A stretch of DNA of 64,000 bases from the NCBI GenBank assembly GCA_965262715.1, contig OZ253553.1, positions 1,952,001-2,016,000 of the forward strand, read 5' to 3'. Positions 40,327-51,769 of the stretch are shown in pieces. The notes under the pieces were generated by a model. The model ran no database searches. It saw nothing but the letters and a program-made list of their open reading frames with translations, and was not told the DNA's origin. Made by a program: the position numbers and the translations under genes. Position 1 is the stretch's first letter; each line of letters opens with the position of its first letter. The DNA comes from Bdellovibrionales bacterium (lineage in GTDB: Bacteria > Bdellovibrionota > Bdellovibrionia > Bdellovibrionales > JAUICD01).

Positions 40327-41616
40327 TTAAGATTTAGAGATAACTTCTATACCATCCATATAAGGCTGTAATACTTTTGGTATAGATACAGAGCCGTCTT
40401 TCTGCTGATAGTTTTCCAAGATAGCTATCAGTGTTCTTCCTACAGCAAGTCCACTACCATTAAGAGTATGGACAAATTGTGTCTTACGATCTGAAGCCCC
40501 GTGATCTGAATATCCGCGAAAACGTATTTGAGCTCTTCTTGCCTGAAAGTCTCCGCAAAGAGAAACAGACGATATTTCCCTATAAGCATGTTGCCCAGGC
40601 AACCACACTTCAAGATCATAAGTTTTTAATGCAGCAAATCCTAAATCTCCCCTACAAAGATTAACCACCCTATAAGGCAATTCTAATTGTTTTAAAATCT
40701 CTTCTGCATGTAAGGTCATTTTTTCTAGCTCTTCGAAACTTTCATCTGGATGAACTATTTTGACAAGCTCTACTTTATGAAATTGATGCTGACGTATAAG
40801 ACCCTTTGTATCCTTACCATAACTACCTGCTTCAGAGCGAAAACAAGGAGTTAACGCTGCAAAAGCTAAGGGCAGATCTTCATAATTCAAAATCTCTCCT
40901 GCATAATAATTAGTGATGGGCACTTCTGCCGTAGGAATAGGGTATAAATCTCTGCTTTTAATATGAAAGACATCCTCTTTAAACTTGGGGAATTGCCCTG
41001 TATTCCATAATGATCTTTCTTTCACCACATAAGGAGGTGTTGTTTCAATATAACCATGTTTTTTTGTTTGTACATCTAACATAAATTGACAAAGTGCTCT
41101 CTCTAAACGCGCGCCCCAGCCCTGTAATATGACAAATCGAGCTCCAGAGATCTTAGCTGCTCTTTCAAAATCTATAATCTTTAGCTGATGTCCTAAAATA
41201 ATATGATCTCTTGGAGTAAAATCAAATTGGGGAATTTTCCCAACCTCACGTTCTACCTTGTTATCTGTCTCTGAAGTTCCAATTGGGGTTGACTCATGAC
41301 ATATATTAGGAAGCAGCGCAAGCCCCTCTAAATAATCTGCTTCAATTTTTTTAAACTCTCTTTCAGATTCTTGAATATCAACTCCTAACAATTTCATAGC
41401 AAGAATCATTTCTGAGGCATCTTCCTTTTTTTGCTTTTTAACCGAAATTTCCTTAGAAATACGATTTTTTTCTGCTTTTTGAGATTCAACTTTTGAAAGC
41501 CATTGTTTTCTTTGTTTATTTTTCTGAATAACATCTTCCAACGATTGAAGATCATATCCACGGTCTTTTAAACAAACTCGATAATCTTCTAAATCAATAG
41601 ATTGTATATCTATCAT
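40327..41616 (-). CDS. serS: Seryl-tRNA synthetase
   Basis: PTAEVP, CFRSEAGSYGKDTKGLIRQHQFHKVE, HTLNGSGLAVGR. Confidence 0.97.
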   Translation of the reverse strand: MIDIQSIDLEDYRVCLKDRGYDLQSLEDVIQKNKQRKQWLSKVESQKAEKNRISKEISVKKQKKEDASEMILAMKLLGVDIQESEREFKKIEADYLEGLALLPNICHESTPIGTSETDNKVEREVGKIPQFDFTPRDHIILGHQLKIIDFERAAKISGARFVILQGWGARLERALCQFMLDVQTKKHGYIETTPPYVVKERSLWNTGQFPKFKEDVFHIKSRDLYPIPTAEVPITNYYAGEILNYEDLPLAFAALTPCFRSEAGSYGKDTKGLIRQHQFHKVELVKIVHPDESFEELEKMTLHAEEILKQLELPYRVVNLCRGDLGFAALKTYDLEVWLPGQHAYREISSVSLCGDFQARRAQIRFRGYSDHGASDRKTQFVHTLNGSGLAVGRTLIAILENYQQKDGSVSIPKVLQPYMDGIEVISKS

Positions 41617-41916
41617 CGTAAATCCTTTGTAGAACTTATGTCATAGTATAAATAGATCACCTAGATATTGTTACATGAACATCTCAATAATGAAAGGGTG
41701 AATTTCAAGTATTTTGATATAGTCTATACAAATAAGTACCTAATACACACTTACTCAGATCACCTTCTTTTGGAAAACTGGCAGTCCGGAAATCTGGCAG
41801 CAGTATCAGGTATTATCATTCGCGTTCAACCTTTGTATTTGAAAGCACTTTATACTGAATGCTAAATAATATGAGAATTGTAAAAGCTAATGGTAAGAAT
41901 GGAAAGAGACTCACCT

Positions 41917-41974
41917 TGAGAGGCTTGCCTCGAGAGGCTTGCCTCGAGAGGCCAGTTCATTTTGAGTGAAACAG
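41917..41974 (+). repeat. 3' remnant of structured repeat with tandem GCCTCGAGAGGC hairpins
   Basis: GCCTCGAGAGGCCAGTTCATTTTGAGTGAAACAG identical to 24382-24415. Confidence 0.8.
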
Positions 41975-42064
41975 TTTATATTGAACATGATAGGCCATGT
42001 TGACTTAGCAAAACAGGCAGATCAACTAGGAGCTTATTTATATAAACTATGTCAAAATACTTAA
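41972..42064 (+). pseudogene. C-terminal remnant of a second four-helix-bundle gene
   Basis: QFILNMIGHVDLAKQADQLGAYLYKLCQNT* aligns with QTILTLVNHQKLIREADKLGAFLYKLCKNT* of 33913-34206. Confidence 0.85.
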
Positions 42065-42116
42065 GTTTTATTTGAGGGTTACTTTATTTGTAGAACACAC
42101 AAGATTTGAGATGACT

Positions 42117-43662
42117 TCAATGATTTACATCGAAATCTTGTGCCAGATTATCTACAAAGCTTTGAACACCTTTATTGAGCATTTCTATTATATAAATCGT
42201 CCTTTCTATATTTTCAATGTTGTTAATAACATCTTTGGAAAATAAGATAAGGTTAGATGTATAGGCATAGATCTCTTGATGGTTTAAATCTTGGTTATAT
42301 GGATCAGAACTCAAATTACCTAATTGTTGATTATATATGCCAACTTTTGATCTTCCATGAATAGCCCTAAATTGTGTATGATAAATAGACGGCTTATTTA
42401 CATAAGCTTTAAGGGTTAAAATAGCATGAGCTAACTCATGGCTTGTACCCACTAAACTATCTTCTAAATTCTTTTTTGAGTATATCTAAAGCAGCTTGAA
42501 TATCTAACTCTATTTCACCTATTACAGAAGGATATAAAGATATTTTAGTTCTAGAAGCATTAAATAATTCTACTTCTTTCCAATAAGAGAGCATAACCTT
42601 ATTACCATTTTCATGAACTCCATCAATAACCAGACTCAAAAGATAAACTCTTCTATTGAAAACATTAACTGGCTCTAATACTAATCTTGTGATTATTCCT
42701 TGTTTGCGCATCTCAGCAGATAGCTTCCTCATAAGCTCACTGTTTAATCTGACTAAATTATTACGAACAATAGTCCTATTTATAAGCGATAGAGATCTAT
42801 CGCTTAACGATTTATATAACTCTTCAATCTCAAAGAGATTTCTTCGAATACTATTTAAAATTTCATCTGTGATCGGTTTTGAAAGATCTGGCTGACTAGT
42901 TAAGGTTTCTCTTCTTGGTTTAAGTTTCAACCGATTTGCATTTACCGTTTTCGTTCCACTTTCATTTGGAGGATATTCTATAACTATCTGGCCGTTTTCT
43001 CTGATAGATATGATACGAGTTCTTATAGGAATGCCAATTGGATTGAAATAATAGACTTGTTTTCCAACTAAAATAGGTTGATAGGCATCATTTTTTGAAA
43101 TAATTGATTCTGCCATATCCTCATTTAGTCTGACATAGACATTGTCTCCTTCTACTCTTGTAATAACAACATTTTCAAGATAACCATTTGCATTGGTTCT
43201 TGATATAACAGCATTAGGAAAAATATTGGCTCTATTTGCAGGAGGTAAAGTTGTAAAATTTAGATATTCTATGGGATGAACATCTAATACTCCTCTATCT
43301 CTTAGAAAACTGATTGTCTTATCATCTAAGCCTATAATGCTACGAAGCATTTCATCTTGTTTCTGGGTATCTCTAATAATTCCTATTCGTAAGACATCTT
43401 CTACCTTTAATATATCAATGTTGAAAACTTTAAGCATTCTTCTTTTATATTCGTCATCAGGAATATCAATACTTTCTTGAAAAGACAATCTACTCCGTGG
43501 ATCATCATTTGTTAAGCTTTGCGCACACAGAATAAAGTTATTCATCTTTTCATCAAAAGATAAATTTTGAGGAGAGGCATTAGTCTCAAAAATATCTAAA
43601 AAGATGATATATAAGAATGTAAACAGAAAGTATCGGTTCATAATTAGCTTGTAATTTGTCAT
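42117..43662 (-). pseudogene. Exported protein with C-terminal HExxH domain, apparently split by a frameshift near 42465
   Basis: ORF 42457-43662 ends KKEFRR*; +1 frame continues LEDSLVGTSHELAHAIL into ORF 42117-42452. Confidence 0.55.
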
Positions 43663-43805
43663 TTAAGTAATCAGTTATCTGGTATAGAAAAACAGACAGT
43701 AATATTTCATTTTCCAAAAAATAGAGCTCGCTGGCAATAGATATAGATTTTACCTATATGCTAAAGTATGGAAATACAGACTTAAGTAACTCATCTAAAA
43801 TATAG

Positions 43806-46800
43806 TTAAGGCTTTGGATAAATTTTCATTTCTTGAAGTTTTTCCCAAAGTCCTTTTAAAGCGTCTGAAGTATCTAAATAAAAGGCACTTGATCTCACTC
43901 TCCAAAATGTCCAACCACATCTTTCTAGCTTCCATTGTCTTTCACAATCATTCTCTTCATGAGCTTCTGAATGATAAATATCACCATCGCATTCGATGGC
44001 TAATCTTCCATTAGAACCAATAACAACCATATCGATTCTATAATTTGACACTTTAAGTTGAGGAATAACTAAAAATCCTTTCATTGCAATTTCCCAAAAA
44101 ACTTTTACTTCAAACCAGCTTTCAAAAGGAGATGGCGCGTTTTGAGGTATTTTATTCTTCGTATTTTTAATTTTTTTATAGAGGTTTTGTAGTTCTTCTT
44201 GAGACCAACCAGTAGCCTTACTTTTATAATCCATACAATGGACCAACAGTTGTCTTCTAAAGTCATGAACAGATAAATCTTCAACTCCTACAGAATGAAA
44301 TAACCATAATTGATCTTTTCCTCGACTGGCAGCAACATTATATCTTTTTTTGTATGTATCTTTTGTTAAAGCATTAAAGTTATAATCATTAGAAATAGCC
44401 ATGCTAAGAAAAATTATATCTCTTTCATCACCTTGAAAGTCATAGGCACCACCAACCACAATTTCTCTTTTTTCTATAGTCTCTTTATCCAAATAATCTG
44501 TTAAGAATTTCTCTATAAGTTTTATTTGTAAGTGGCCTTGTAAACTTATGATTCCAAATGATTTACCATCATACCTAGAGTCTGAGATACAATCTTTAAG
44601 CTGTTTTACTATACCTTCAGCTTCTTCCTCATTTTGTGGATATTTTGCGCTACCCACTTTACTAACAGCTTTGTCTATAAAGGTGTGTTTGAGAGGTTCT
44701 AATCGAGTACTTCCATATTGTCTCATTGGGGCTAATGGTCTACCAGAATAAGACAGCTTGTTTGAAAATTGAATAATCTCAGGCATACATCTAAAATGCT
44801 CTCTTAATTGAATGCGGCTTTTAAAAGCAATATCACAATAATCATAATAACTGTATTCACGTCCGATATAATCAGAGTGTTTCATATCAGATAAATATTT
44901 CTTTTTTAAACTTTCAACATCTGCATCAACAATACCCGGCATTTCTGGACTGATTTGTTCATTATCTCCAACCACTATAATCTTACTGGCTAAATAATTT
45001 AACATCAGGCCCTCTGGTCCTGTTTGGCTTGCCTCATCTATAATAGCAATATCAAATGGTTTCGAACCTGGTTTGATATTTTCTACAACCCTATAAAGTG
45101 GCATAATCCATACTGGTATGGCTTCTTTACATTCAGACATTCTTTCTCTTGCTACTCTTCTGTGCTTTGAAGCTGTTTTTCCAGTTCCTTTACCAATTTT
45201 GCTGACTGCATAAGCCCAACCCTTTAAACTTGCTTGTTGCTCGCCAGTTATATTAGATAAGCAGTGATGCCAAGCTTTTTTAGCAACAAGTGTCTCAAGA
45301 TTTTTTTGGATCTCATCTATTAAGTCTTCTCTTTCCTCTGTTAAGTTTTGAAAAAAAGTTTCATCACTGTTTTCCCTTATCCAACAATTGACTCGATTCC
45401 ACGCCCAAGCCTCTTCAAATTTTGATAAGCGTTTTTGCCAATCCAAAACATTAATATTTTTTCTTAAAGTTTCAAAAAAAGTATCACTAACAGCATCAAT
45501 TTTTGTCTTAATAGGCATGATTTCCTGAAATATTTTTTTATTTTTATTAAAGTTGAAAATATTTGTATAAGCTTCACTAAACATCTCTATATTTCTATTC
45601 CTGTAAGCACTTATAAGTTGATTTGCAATTTGATTTTTTTGAGTGCTATAAGAGTTTAAAACAGAAATAGTTTTTTCAAATTCAGATGAAATCTTCTCCT
45701 GAATCCTCTTAGCATTTATAACTTTTACTATCTCTAGTTCTTTCTTTAGTGAATTTAAATCCCATTTAGGATAAGGAATTACATATTTATTAAGCATATT
45801 TTTCATATCACTAACGCATTTATGAACTTGTAAGCATTCTTCTAATGGTTCACAAAAGTCTTTACATAAATGATACATAGAAGCAAAACTGTCATCTTTT
45901 ATTTGTTCTTTATCTCTCCAATTTTTTAAAAGATCATACTTAGCAATTCTAGCTTTAGCATAATTATGCAGCTTCTCTGCTTCTAGATACGATCTACATT
46001 TTCTTCCATCAATTGTTACCACTTTTGTTATTTTTTTAACATTTCTAACTTCTTTAGAACAAAACCATCCCCATCTAGGGTTGTCTTCTAAAGTAAACTT
46101 ATTAAAAAAATCATCTAATACAGCTTTTAATTGTGTAAATCTTAACCTAATAGGATATTCTATTTTGAGTTTATCCATAGACAAAAAAACATCTTTATTT
46201 GTATCTAATATTTCATGAGTTCTCTTAAAAAGATATCTCCATGAACGATCTTTATCTAAAATACAATCATTAGCTGCTTGTTGAATCCATTCTTGTTGGT
46301 TAGGATTCATAAGATGTTCTGCTGTACTGATTAATTTCGATAAGAGATCAAAAAACAAATCACAGTCTTGAGTAGAAAAACTATAGTAAGCACTACGTTC
46401 TATTATTTCTTGATCAATTAAACTTTCTTCAATAACCTTTTTTGCTTCTTCTTCTTTTCGGATTTTCCTTTTAACCTCATCCAGATCAAAAAAGTTGTTT
46501 TCATCAGGAAGTTCTTCTTCAAATATACTCAGATCAGGTATAAGTTTTAGTTCTTTTAACAAACGAAATAGGGTTACTGCTTCATTATTCGAGATAGGCG
46601 AAGGTGAATGAGTGCTTGAATCTTTAATATCAAAATCATTTTTAATCCAAGCATATAAGTCCTGTTCTTCTTTTATTTGTTTTGCAATAAGAGCAGCACT
46701 GCCAGAGTAAAACCCAAAAAGATTTTTATATAATCTTGTTTCAAATTCTCTTTTATCAGCAAGTTTTCTTTCAAGATGAATCTTTTCTCCTTTAAGTTCA

Positions 46801-48263
46801 TTATCTCTTTTTTCAAGATACTCTATTTCTTTTTTGCATTCTTCGTTATTCCATTCTTGATATTTTGAATTGATAGAATTGACAGAGGTTTTTAGTTCTG
46901 ATAGTGATTTTTGATCTCGTCCTAATACTTCAACACAAAGAGGTTTTAAGTCACCAGGCAACTTACCTTTTAGAACTTTTAATGCTCTATCAGTTTGACT
47001 AGTGATCAATATCTTTTTTTCAGTGGCAAGTAAATGGCAGATAAGATTAGCAATAGAATGTGTTTTTCCAGTCCCCGGCGGTCCTTGAACAAGAACTCCA
47101 ACACTATCTGATAATTTTTTAATAATACTTTCTTGTTCTTGATTTACTGGAAGAGGAAAGTAATATTTTGTATTCAATTCTTGTAATGATAAGTCCCCAT
47201 CGACATCTTTTATACTCTGATCTTCATCAATTATATAATTTAGGCAGGGGTTAATTAGGTCTGCAGAATCTAGGTCTTCAATAACATTTTTATAAAACTG
47301 TGAAAATGTTCTTTCTCCACGCTTTCTAAGAATAATTGCTGGAGAAACACTTAATGTTGTAAATGATTCATCTGTATGACATAAGTCAAATTCAAGATAA
47401 AATTGACCTTGAGGATCATAACTATTGACCCAAGATTTTAAACAATCAATAAAATCTCCATCTATCCAAAAGTCATTATTTAACTGATTTAAATCAGCAT
47501 TGATTTTATCACTTGTATGAGGCTTCTCATTCATTTCCAGCATATCTAATTCTAAAGACATCTCTACATTTTGATCTCCAGGGCCAACTGTTATTGCGCC
47601 TGTTGCTTCATTAAAATGCATTGACAAAGGAGTTGTTACAATGTGTCGTTTAATGAATTTCCCTTTTTTTGTTTTAGTAGATAGCAAACCAAGTCCTAAT
47701 ATGACTTGGTAGTTTTCACCTTGATTTTTGTTTTTATGATATATCTCATAAAGATCATTGTATCTTTGCCATATAGGTTCTAATCTTTTTTTCTCCTCTG
47801 CCCAAGATTGCCACTGCTGCTCATAAAATTTCAAAAACTCATTTTGAATCTCTGGTACATCCTCAAGCAAAACCTTTGTTTGAAAAACTTCAGCATTTTC
47901 ACCGAGAGTCTCTTGTAAAATGCAATCAAGTAATTGAGGTTTCTTTTTATGATTTTCCAATGTAGATATTGAAATCCAATTTTTAATGACATCAGGAGGT
48001 TTTGGACAATCTGGTATTCTTGGTTTTTTGATTTCGATCCATTTATCATAATTATTGATACTGGATGGATCTATTGATAATCGATGTGTGATAGAATAAA
48101 CTTCTTTTTCTTTAGGAATTTGATCAACCCAAAGAACTTTTTCAAAATTATTGACATCTAAGACTTTTTTAGTTTTGAGATCACTTAACTCTCTCAAAAA
48201 TTGAAATAAGTCTTTAGCTTTTTCCTTACGTGATTTATGAATTCTCATAACATTTGCCATCAA
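43806..48263 (-). CDS. SF1 (DNA2/NAM7-like) helicase fused to C-terminal DUF559/MTES_1575-like nuclease
   Basis: QGPPGTGKT, IDEASQ, VGDNEQ, EHFRCMPEI, FQGDERD, NVAASR; C-terminal RIDMVV..AIECDG..LERCGW. Confidence 0.85.
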   Translation of the reverse strand: MMANVMRIHKSRKEKAKDLFQFLRELSDLKTKKVLDVNNFEKVLWVDQIPKEKEVYSITHRLSIDPSSINNYDKWIEIKKPRIPDCPKPPDVIKNWISISTLENHKKKPQLLDCILQETLGENAEVFQTKVLLEDVPEIQNEFLKFYEQQWQSWAEEKKRLEPIWQRYNDLYEIYHKNKNQGENYQVILGLGLLSTKTKKGKFIKRHIVTTPLSMHFNEATGAITVGPGDQNVEMSLELDMLEMNEKPHTSDKINADLNQLNNDFWIDGDFIDCLKSWVNSYDPQGQFYLEFDLCHTDESFTTLSVSPAIILRKRGERTFSQFYKNVIEDLDSADLINPCLNYIIDEDQSIKDVDGDLSLQELNTKYYFPLPVNQEQESIIKKLSDSVGVLVQGPPGTGKTHSIANLICHLLATEKKILITSQTDRALKVLKGKLPGDLKPLCVEVLGRDQKSLSELKTSVNSINSKYQEWNNEECKKEIEYLEKRDNELKGEKIHLERKLADKREFETRLYKNLFGFYSGSAALIAKQIKEEQDLYAWIKNDFDIKDSSTHSPSPISNNEAVTLFRLLKELKLIPDLSIFEEELPDENNFFDLDEVKRKIRKEEEAKKVIEESLIDQEIIERSAYYSFSTQDCDLFFDLLSKLISTAEHLMNPNQQEWIQQAANDCILDKDRSWRYLFKRTHEILDTNKDVFLSMDKLKIEYPIRLRFTQLKAVLDDFFNKFTLEDNPRWGWFCSKEVRNVKKITKVVTIDGRKCRSYLEAEKLHNYAKARIAKYDLLKNWRDKEQIKDDSFASMYHLCKDFCEPLEECLQVHKCVSDMKNMLNKYVIPYPKWDLNSLKKELEIVKVINAKRIQEKISSEFEKTISVLNSYSTQKNQIANQLISAYRNRNIEMFSEAYTNIFNFNKNKKIFQEIMPIKTKIDAVSDTFFETLRKNINVLDWQKRLSKFEEAWAWNRVNCWIRENSDETFFQNLTEEREDLIDEIQKNLETLVAKKAWHHCLSNITGEQQASLKGWAYAVSKIGKGTGKTASKHRRVARERMSECKEAIPVWIMPLYRVVENIKPGSKPFDIAIIDEASQTGPEGLMLNYLASKIIVVGDNEQISPEMPGIVDADVESLKKKYLSDMKHSDYIGREYSYYDYCDIAFKSRIQLREHFRCMPEIIQFSNKLSYSGRPLAPMRQYGSTRLEPLKHTFIDKAVSKVGSAKYPQNEEEAEGIVKQLKDCISDSRYDGKSFGIISLQGHLQIKLIEKFLTDYLDKETIEKREIVVGGAYDFQGDERDIIFLSMAISNDYNFNALTKDTYKKRYNVAASRGKDQLWLFHSVGVEDLSVHDFRRQLLVHCMDYKSKATGWSQEELQNLYKKIKNTKNKIPQNAPSPFESWFEVKVFWEIAMKGFLVIPQLKVSNYRIDMVVIGSNGRLAIECDGDIYHSEAHEENDCERQWKLERCGWTFWRVRSSAFYLDTSDALKGLWEKLQEMKIYPKP

Positions 48264-48495
48264 TTATGGATCATTTTTATACAGTTCGTATTTTCCTATA
48301 TTCTCTGTTATTTATTTGCGTCTCAAAGCATAAATCTTCTTAACTCCTTTGTCGTTATCGTCTTATACATGCTATAACTTAATAAATTTATAGATATATA
48401 AGATTGCATTTTATTGTAGTGGATGTTAAGTGTCTTATTCATAGTGTAGAATACCTGTCCTCTCAAAAAGAGGTTTATTTTAAAGGATCAGAATA

Positions 48496-49764
48496 ATGAA
48501 AATTCAATCTGTAAGAGGAATGAAAGACCTTAGTCCAACAGAAAGTCCTTTATGGCTTCAAATAGAAAGACAAGCCTACAAAACCGCTTCTCTAGCTGGA
48601 TATACTTATGTGCGCACTCCTATTGTAGAAATGACAGATCTTTTTAAAAGGAGTATTGGAACAAACACTGATATTGTCGAAAAGGAAATGTACACCTTTG
48701 AAGATAAAGGTGGTGACTATTTAACACTTAGGCCAGAGGGTACAGCAGGCTTAGTGAGAGCCGCCATTGAAAACGGATGGATTTCATCACCAAATACAGC
48801 ATTGAAGCTCTTTTACCTAGGCCCTATGTACCGGAGAGAAAGACCTCAAAAAGGCAGATATAGGCAATTTCATCAATTCGGTTTAGAATTATTAGGAGTA
48901 GATAGCCCTTGTGGTGATGCTGAAATTATCTCACTAGGCTGGGATCTTTTGCAATCACTTGATTTAAAAGACATTCAATTGAGACTATCTACTTTAGGCA
49001 CTTTTGCTTGTCGAAAACTTTATCAGGAAAAACTTAAAAATGTCCTTAAACAAAATCTAGAACTTATCCCAAAGGATTTTGTCCACCGTATTGAATCTAA
49101 TCCTCAAAGAATTTTTGATCATAAAGATCCAAAAGTAAAAGAGCTCATTCCTAAACTTCCCGTCTTATTAGATCATCTAGATTTAGAAAGCCAAAAACAT
49201 TTCGAAAAAGTTCAGAAACACCTAACAGAAATGGATGTTCCCTTTACAATAGACCCTCATATTGTCAGAGGGCTTGATTATTATGGACATACAGCCTTTG
49301 AATACACATCAAACCACTTAGGACCTACCCAAAATGCTGTTGGTGGAGGTGGCAGATATGATGTTCTTGTGGAACAGTTAGGAGGAAAGCCTACTCCCGC
49401 TGTAGGTTTAGCAATGGGAATTGAACGCCTTACACTTTTAATTGATAATCTTCCTTTTGATAAATCTATATCTATTTATCTTATTATTCAGGATGTAGAT
49501 CTAAAGGACCTTGCTTTAAAATGGTCTCGCAAACTGCGACTCAGTGATATTAAGACACAAGTGAGTTTATCAGATAACTCATTAAAAAGTCAGATGAAAA
49601 AAGCAGACAAAATAGGCATCTCACACGTAGTGATTTTTGGCCAGCAGGAGATGACAAATCACCAAGTTACAATAAGAGATATGAAATCAGGAGATCAAAA
49701 ACTCATTGACTTAGATCAACTTACAGAACATTTAAAAACATTAAAAGTTGAGGAGAAAAAATAA
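48496..49764 (+). CDS. hisS: Histidyl-tRNA synthetase
   Basis: RGMKD, DIVEKEMY, LRPEGTA, YRRERPQKGRYRQFHQ, RGLDYY, GGGRYD. Confidence 0.97.
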   Translation: MKIQSVRGMKDLSPTESPLWLQIERQAYKTASLAGYTYVRTPIVEMTDLFKRSIGTNTDIVEKEMYTFEDKGGDYLTLRPEGTAGLVRAAIENGWISSPNTALKLFYLGPMYRRERPQKGRYRQFHQFGLELLGVDSPCGDAEIISLGWDLLQSLDLKDIQLRLSTLGTFACRKLYQEKLKNVLKQNLELIPKDFVHRIESNPQRIFDHKDPKVKELIPKLPVLLDHLDLESQKHFEKVQKHLTEMDVPFTIDPHIVRGLDYYGHTAFEYTSNHLGPTQNAVGGGGRYDVLVEQLGGKPTPAVGLAMGIERLTLLIDNLPFDKSISIYLIIQDVDLKDLALKWSRKLRLSDIKTQVSLSDNSLKSQMKKADKIGISHVVIFGQQEMTNHQVTIRDMKSGDQKLIDLDQLTEHLKTLKVEEKK

Positions 49765-51593
49765 TGGCTAATAATTTAGATCTTAAGCGCACCTGTTTAT
49801 GCGGCCAGATATGTAGTGATCATGTAGAGAGTAAAGTGACTTTGATGGGGTGGGTAGATAGATTTAGAGATCATAAAGGTGCCTTTTTTATAGACTTGCG
49901 TGATAAGTCAGGAATTGTGCAAGTTGTTTTAGATATATCAAGACATTTCAAAGAAGTAAAAGAGATTAAAGAAGAATATGTTATAAAGGTTATAGGTACT
50001 GTAAAAAAAAGGCCAAGCCCAAATCCCAAAATCTCTACTGGAGAGTTTGAAGTTCATGTTGCAGAGATAAATATTTTATCTCCATCAGAGTCTCTTCCTT
50101 TTCAAAAAAACCCAAATGAAGATACCCGTCTTAAGTATCGGTACATAGATTTAAGGAATCCACAAATTCAAAAGAACCTAATCACACGTCATCAGCTTTA
50201 TCAATCTGTGCGCAATTATCTTTGTGAAAATCAATTTTTAGAAATAGAAACTCCTATTCTCTATAAGAGCACCCCTGAAGGGGCTAGAGACTATTTAGTA
50301 CCTTCACGTATTGATAAAGGTCATTTTTATGCACTTGTGCAAAGTCCTCAAATTCTCAAACAGCTGCTTATGGTAGGCGGCTTAGATCGTTATTTTCAAA
50401 TTGCTAGATGTTTTAGAGACGAAGATTTAAGAGCAGATAGACAACCAGAGTTTACCCAAATTGATATAGAAATGAGTTTTGTCAACTCTGATGATGTGAT
50501 GGATTTAACTGAAGGAATGATACGAAAAGTTTGGAAAGATGTTTTGGATATAGATATTCCAAAAATAAAAAAGATGTCTTATCAAAAAGCCATGGACCGT
50601 TATGGAACTGATCGACCAGATACAAGGCTTGATGAACTTTGCGACTTTACATCAACTAGTGAATTTTTAAAAAAATTAAATGAACAAGAAAACTCAGAAC
50701 TGTATTTTCGAGACCTTATTAATAAACATATTAAAGAAATTAGCGAAGAAAATAGAATTATAAAAGGCATTGTGATTTCTAAGGGTGGATCATTAAGTAA
50801 TACTCAGCTAAAAAAGATATTACTGAATGTAAAAAATAATAATGATACAACACATGGGCCCTTTTGGATTAAAGCTGATGCACAAGGAAACTTAAACAGC
50901 TCATTTTTGAACTACTTTAAATCTTATGCTCAATATGTTTTTGAATTTGCAAATGCTAAACCTGGTGATCTTATTTTTTGGCTCTCAGGTGAGAAAGAAA
51001 CAGTATGTAAAACTTTAGGACAACTTAGATTAGATTTAGCTCAAAAGTTTAACTTAATTGATAAAGATAAGTTTGAATTTGTATGGGTAACAGATTTTCC
51101 ATTACTTCATTATGACAATCAATCAAACCGATTTGTATCTTCACACCATCCCTTCACTTCTCCTACAGATGAGAGTGCTACTATGATTGATCAATTTTTA
51201 CCTGATGATACACAAGAACAGCACAATCAAATCCTCAACCTGAAAGCTAAGGCGTATGATTTAGTGTGCAATGGATATGAGATTGGCGGAGGTAGTATCC
51301 GTATCCATCAACCAGAGTTGCAACAGAAGGTATTTAAGTTATTGAATTTAACAGATCAGGAGATTCAAGATAAATTTGGTTTTTTTATCGATGCTTTAAG
51401 GTATGGCACACCTCCACATGGTGGGATTGCAATGGGTTTAGATAGGATGGCCATGCTACTTTCTAGGACTGATGCTATTCGAGATGTGATTGCCTTTCCG
51501 AAGACAACACGCGCGACTTGCTTGATGTCAAATGCTCCAAATGAAGTCAGTGAACAGCAACTTTCAGAGTTAGGTTTAGAAGTTAAAAAATAA
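49764..51593 (+). CDS. aspS: Aspartyl-tRNA synthetase
   Basis: RLKYRYIDLR, STPEGARDYLVP, RCFRDEDLRADRQPEFTQ, GTPPHGG. Confidence 0.97.
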   Translation: MANNLDLKRTCLCGQICSDHVESKVTLMGWVDRFRDHKGAFFIDLRDKSGIVQVVLDISRHFKEVKEIKEEYVIKVIGTVKKRPSPNPKISTGEFEVHVAEINILSPSESLPFQKNPNEDTRLKYRYIDLRNPQIQKNLITRHQLYQSVRNYLCENQFLEIETPILYKSTPEGARDYLVPSRIDKGHFYALVQSPQILKQLLMVGGLDRYFQIARCFRDEDLRADRQPEFTQIDIEMSFVNSDDVMDLTEGMIRKVWKDVLDIDIPKIKKMSYQKAMDRYGTDRPDTRLDELCDFTSTSEFLKKLNEQENSELYFRDLINKHIKEISEENRIIKGIVISKGGSLSNTQLKKILLNVKNNNDTTHGPFWIKADAQGNLNSSFLNYFKSYAQYVFEFANAKPGDLIFWLSGEKETVCKTLGQLRLDLAQKFNLIDKDKFEFVWVTDFPLLHYDNQSNRFVSSHHPFTSPTDESATMIDQFLPDDTQEQHNQILNLKAKAYDLVCNGYEIGGGSIRIHQPELQQKVFKLLNLTDQEIQDKFGFFIDALRYGTPPHGGIAMGLDRMAMLLSRTDAIRDVIAFPKTTRATCLMSNAPNEVSEQQLSELGLEVKK

Positions 51594-51769
51594 AATCAAA
51601 GAAATATACAAATGTTGTATAAATCTTGTATAATGAGAAAATGAACAAATTTCATCTAACAGATGAGAATCCTTCAGCTATAATATAAGTTTTTCATGAC
51701 ATTTTAAAAAAGTTTTGATTTGCTAAAGATGATAGATACAAAGACATTTAGGGATAAAAAGGTGATGAT

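Noticed and set aside
41668..41865. 65-aa ORF upstream of serS
   Set aside because: No motifs, TTG start, spans an 8-mer repeat tract
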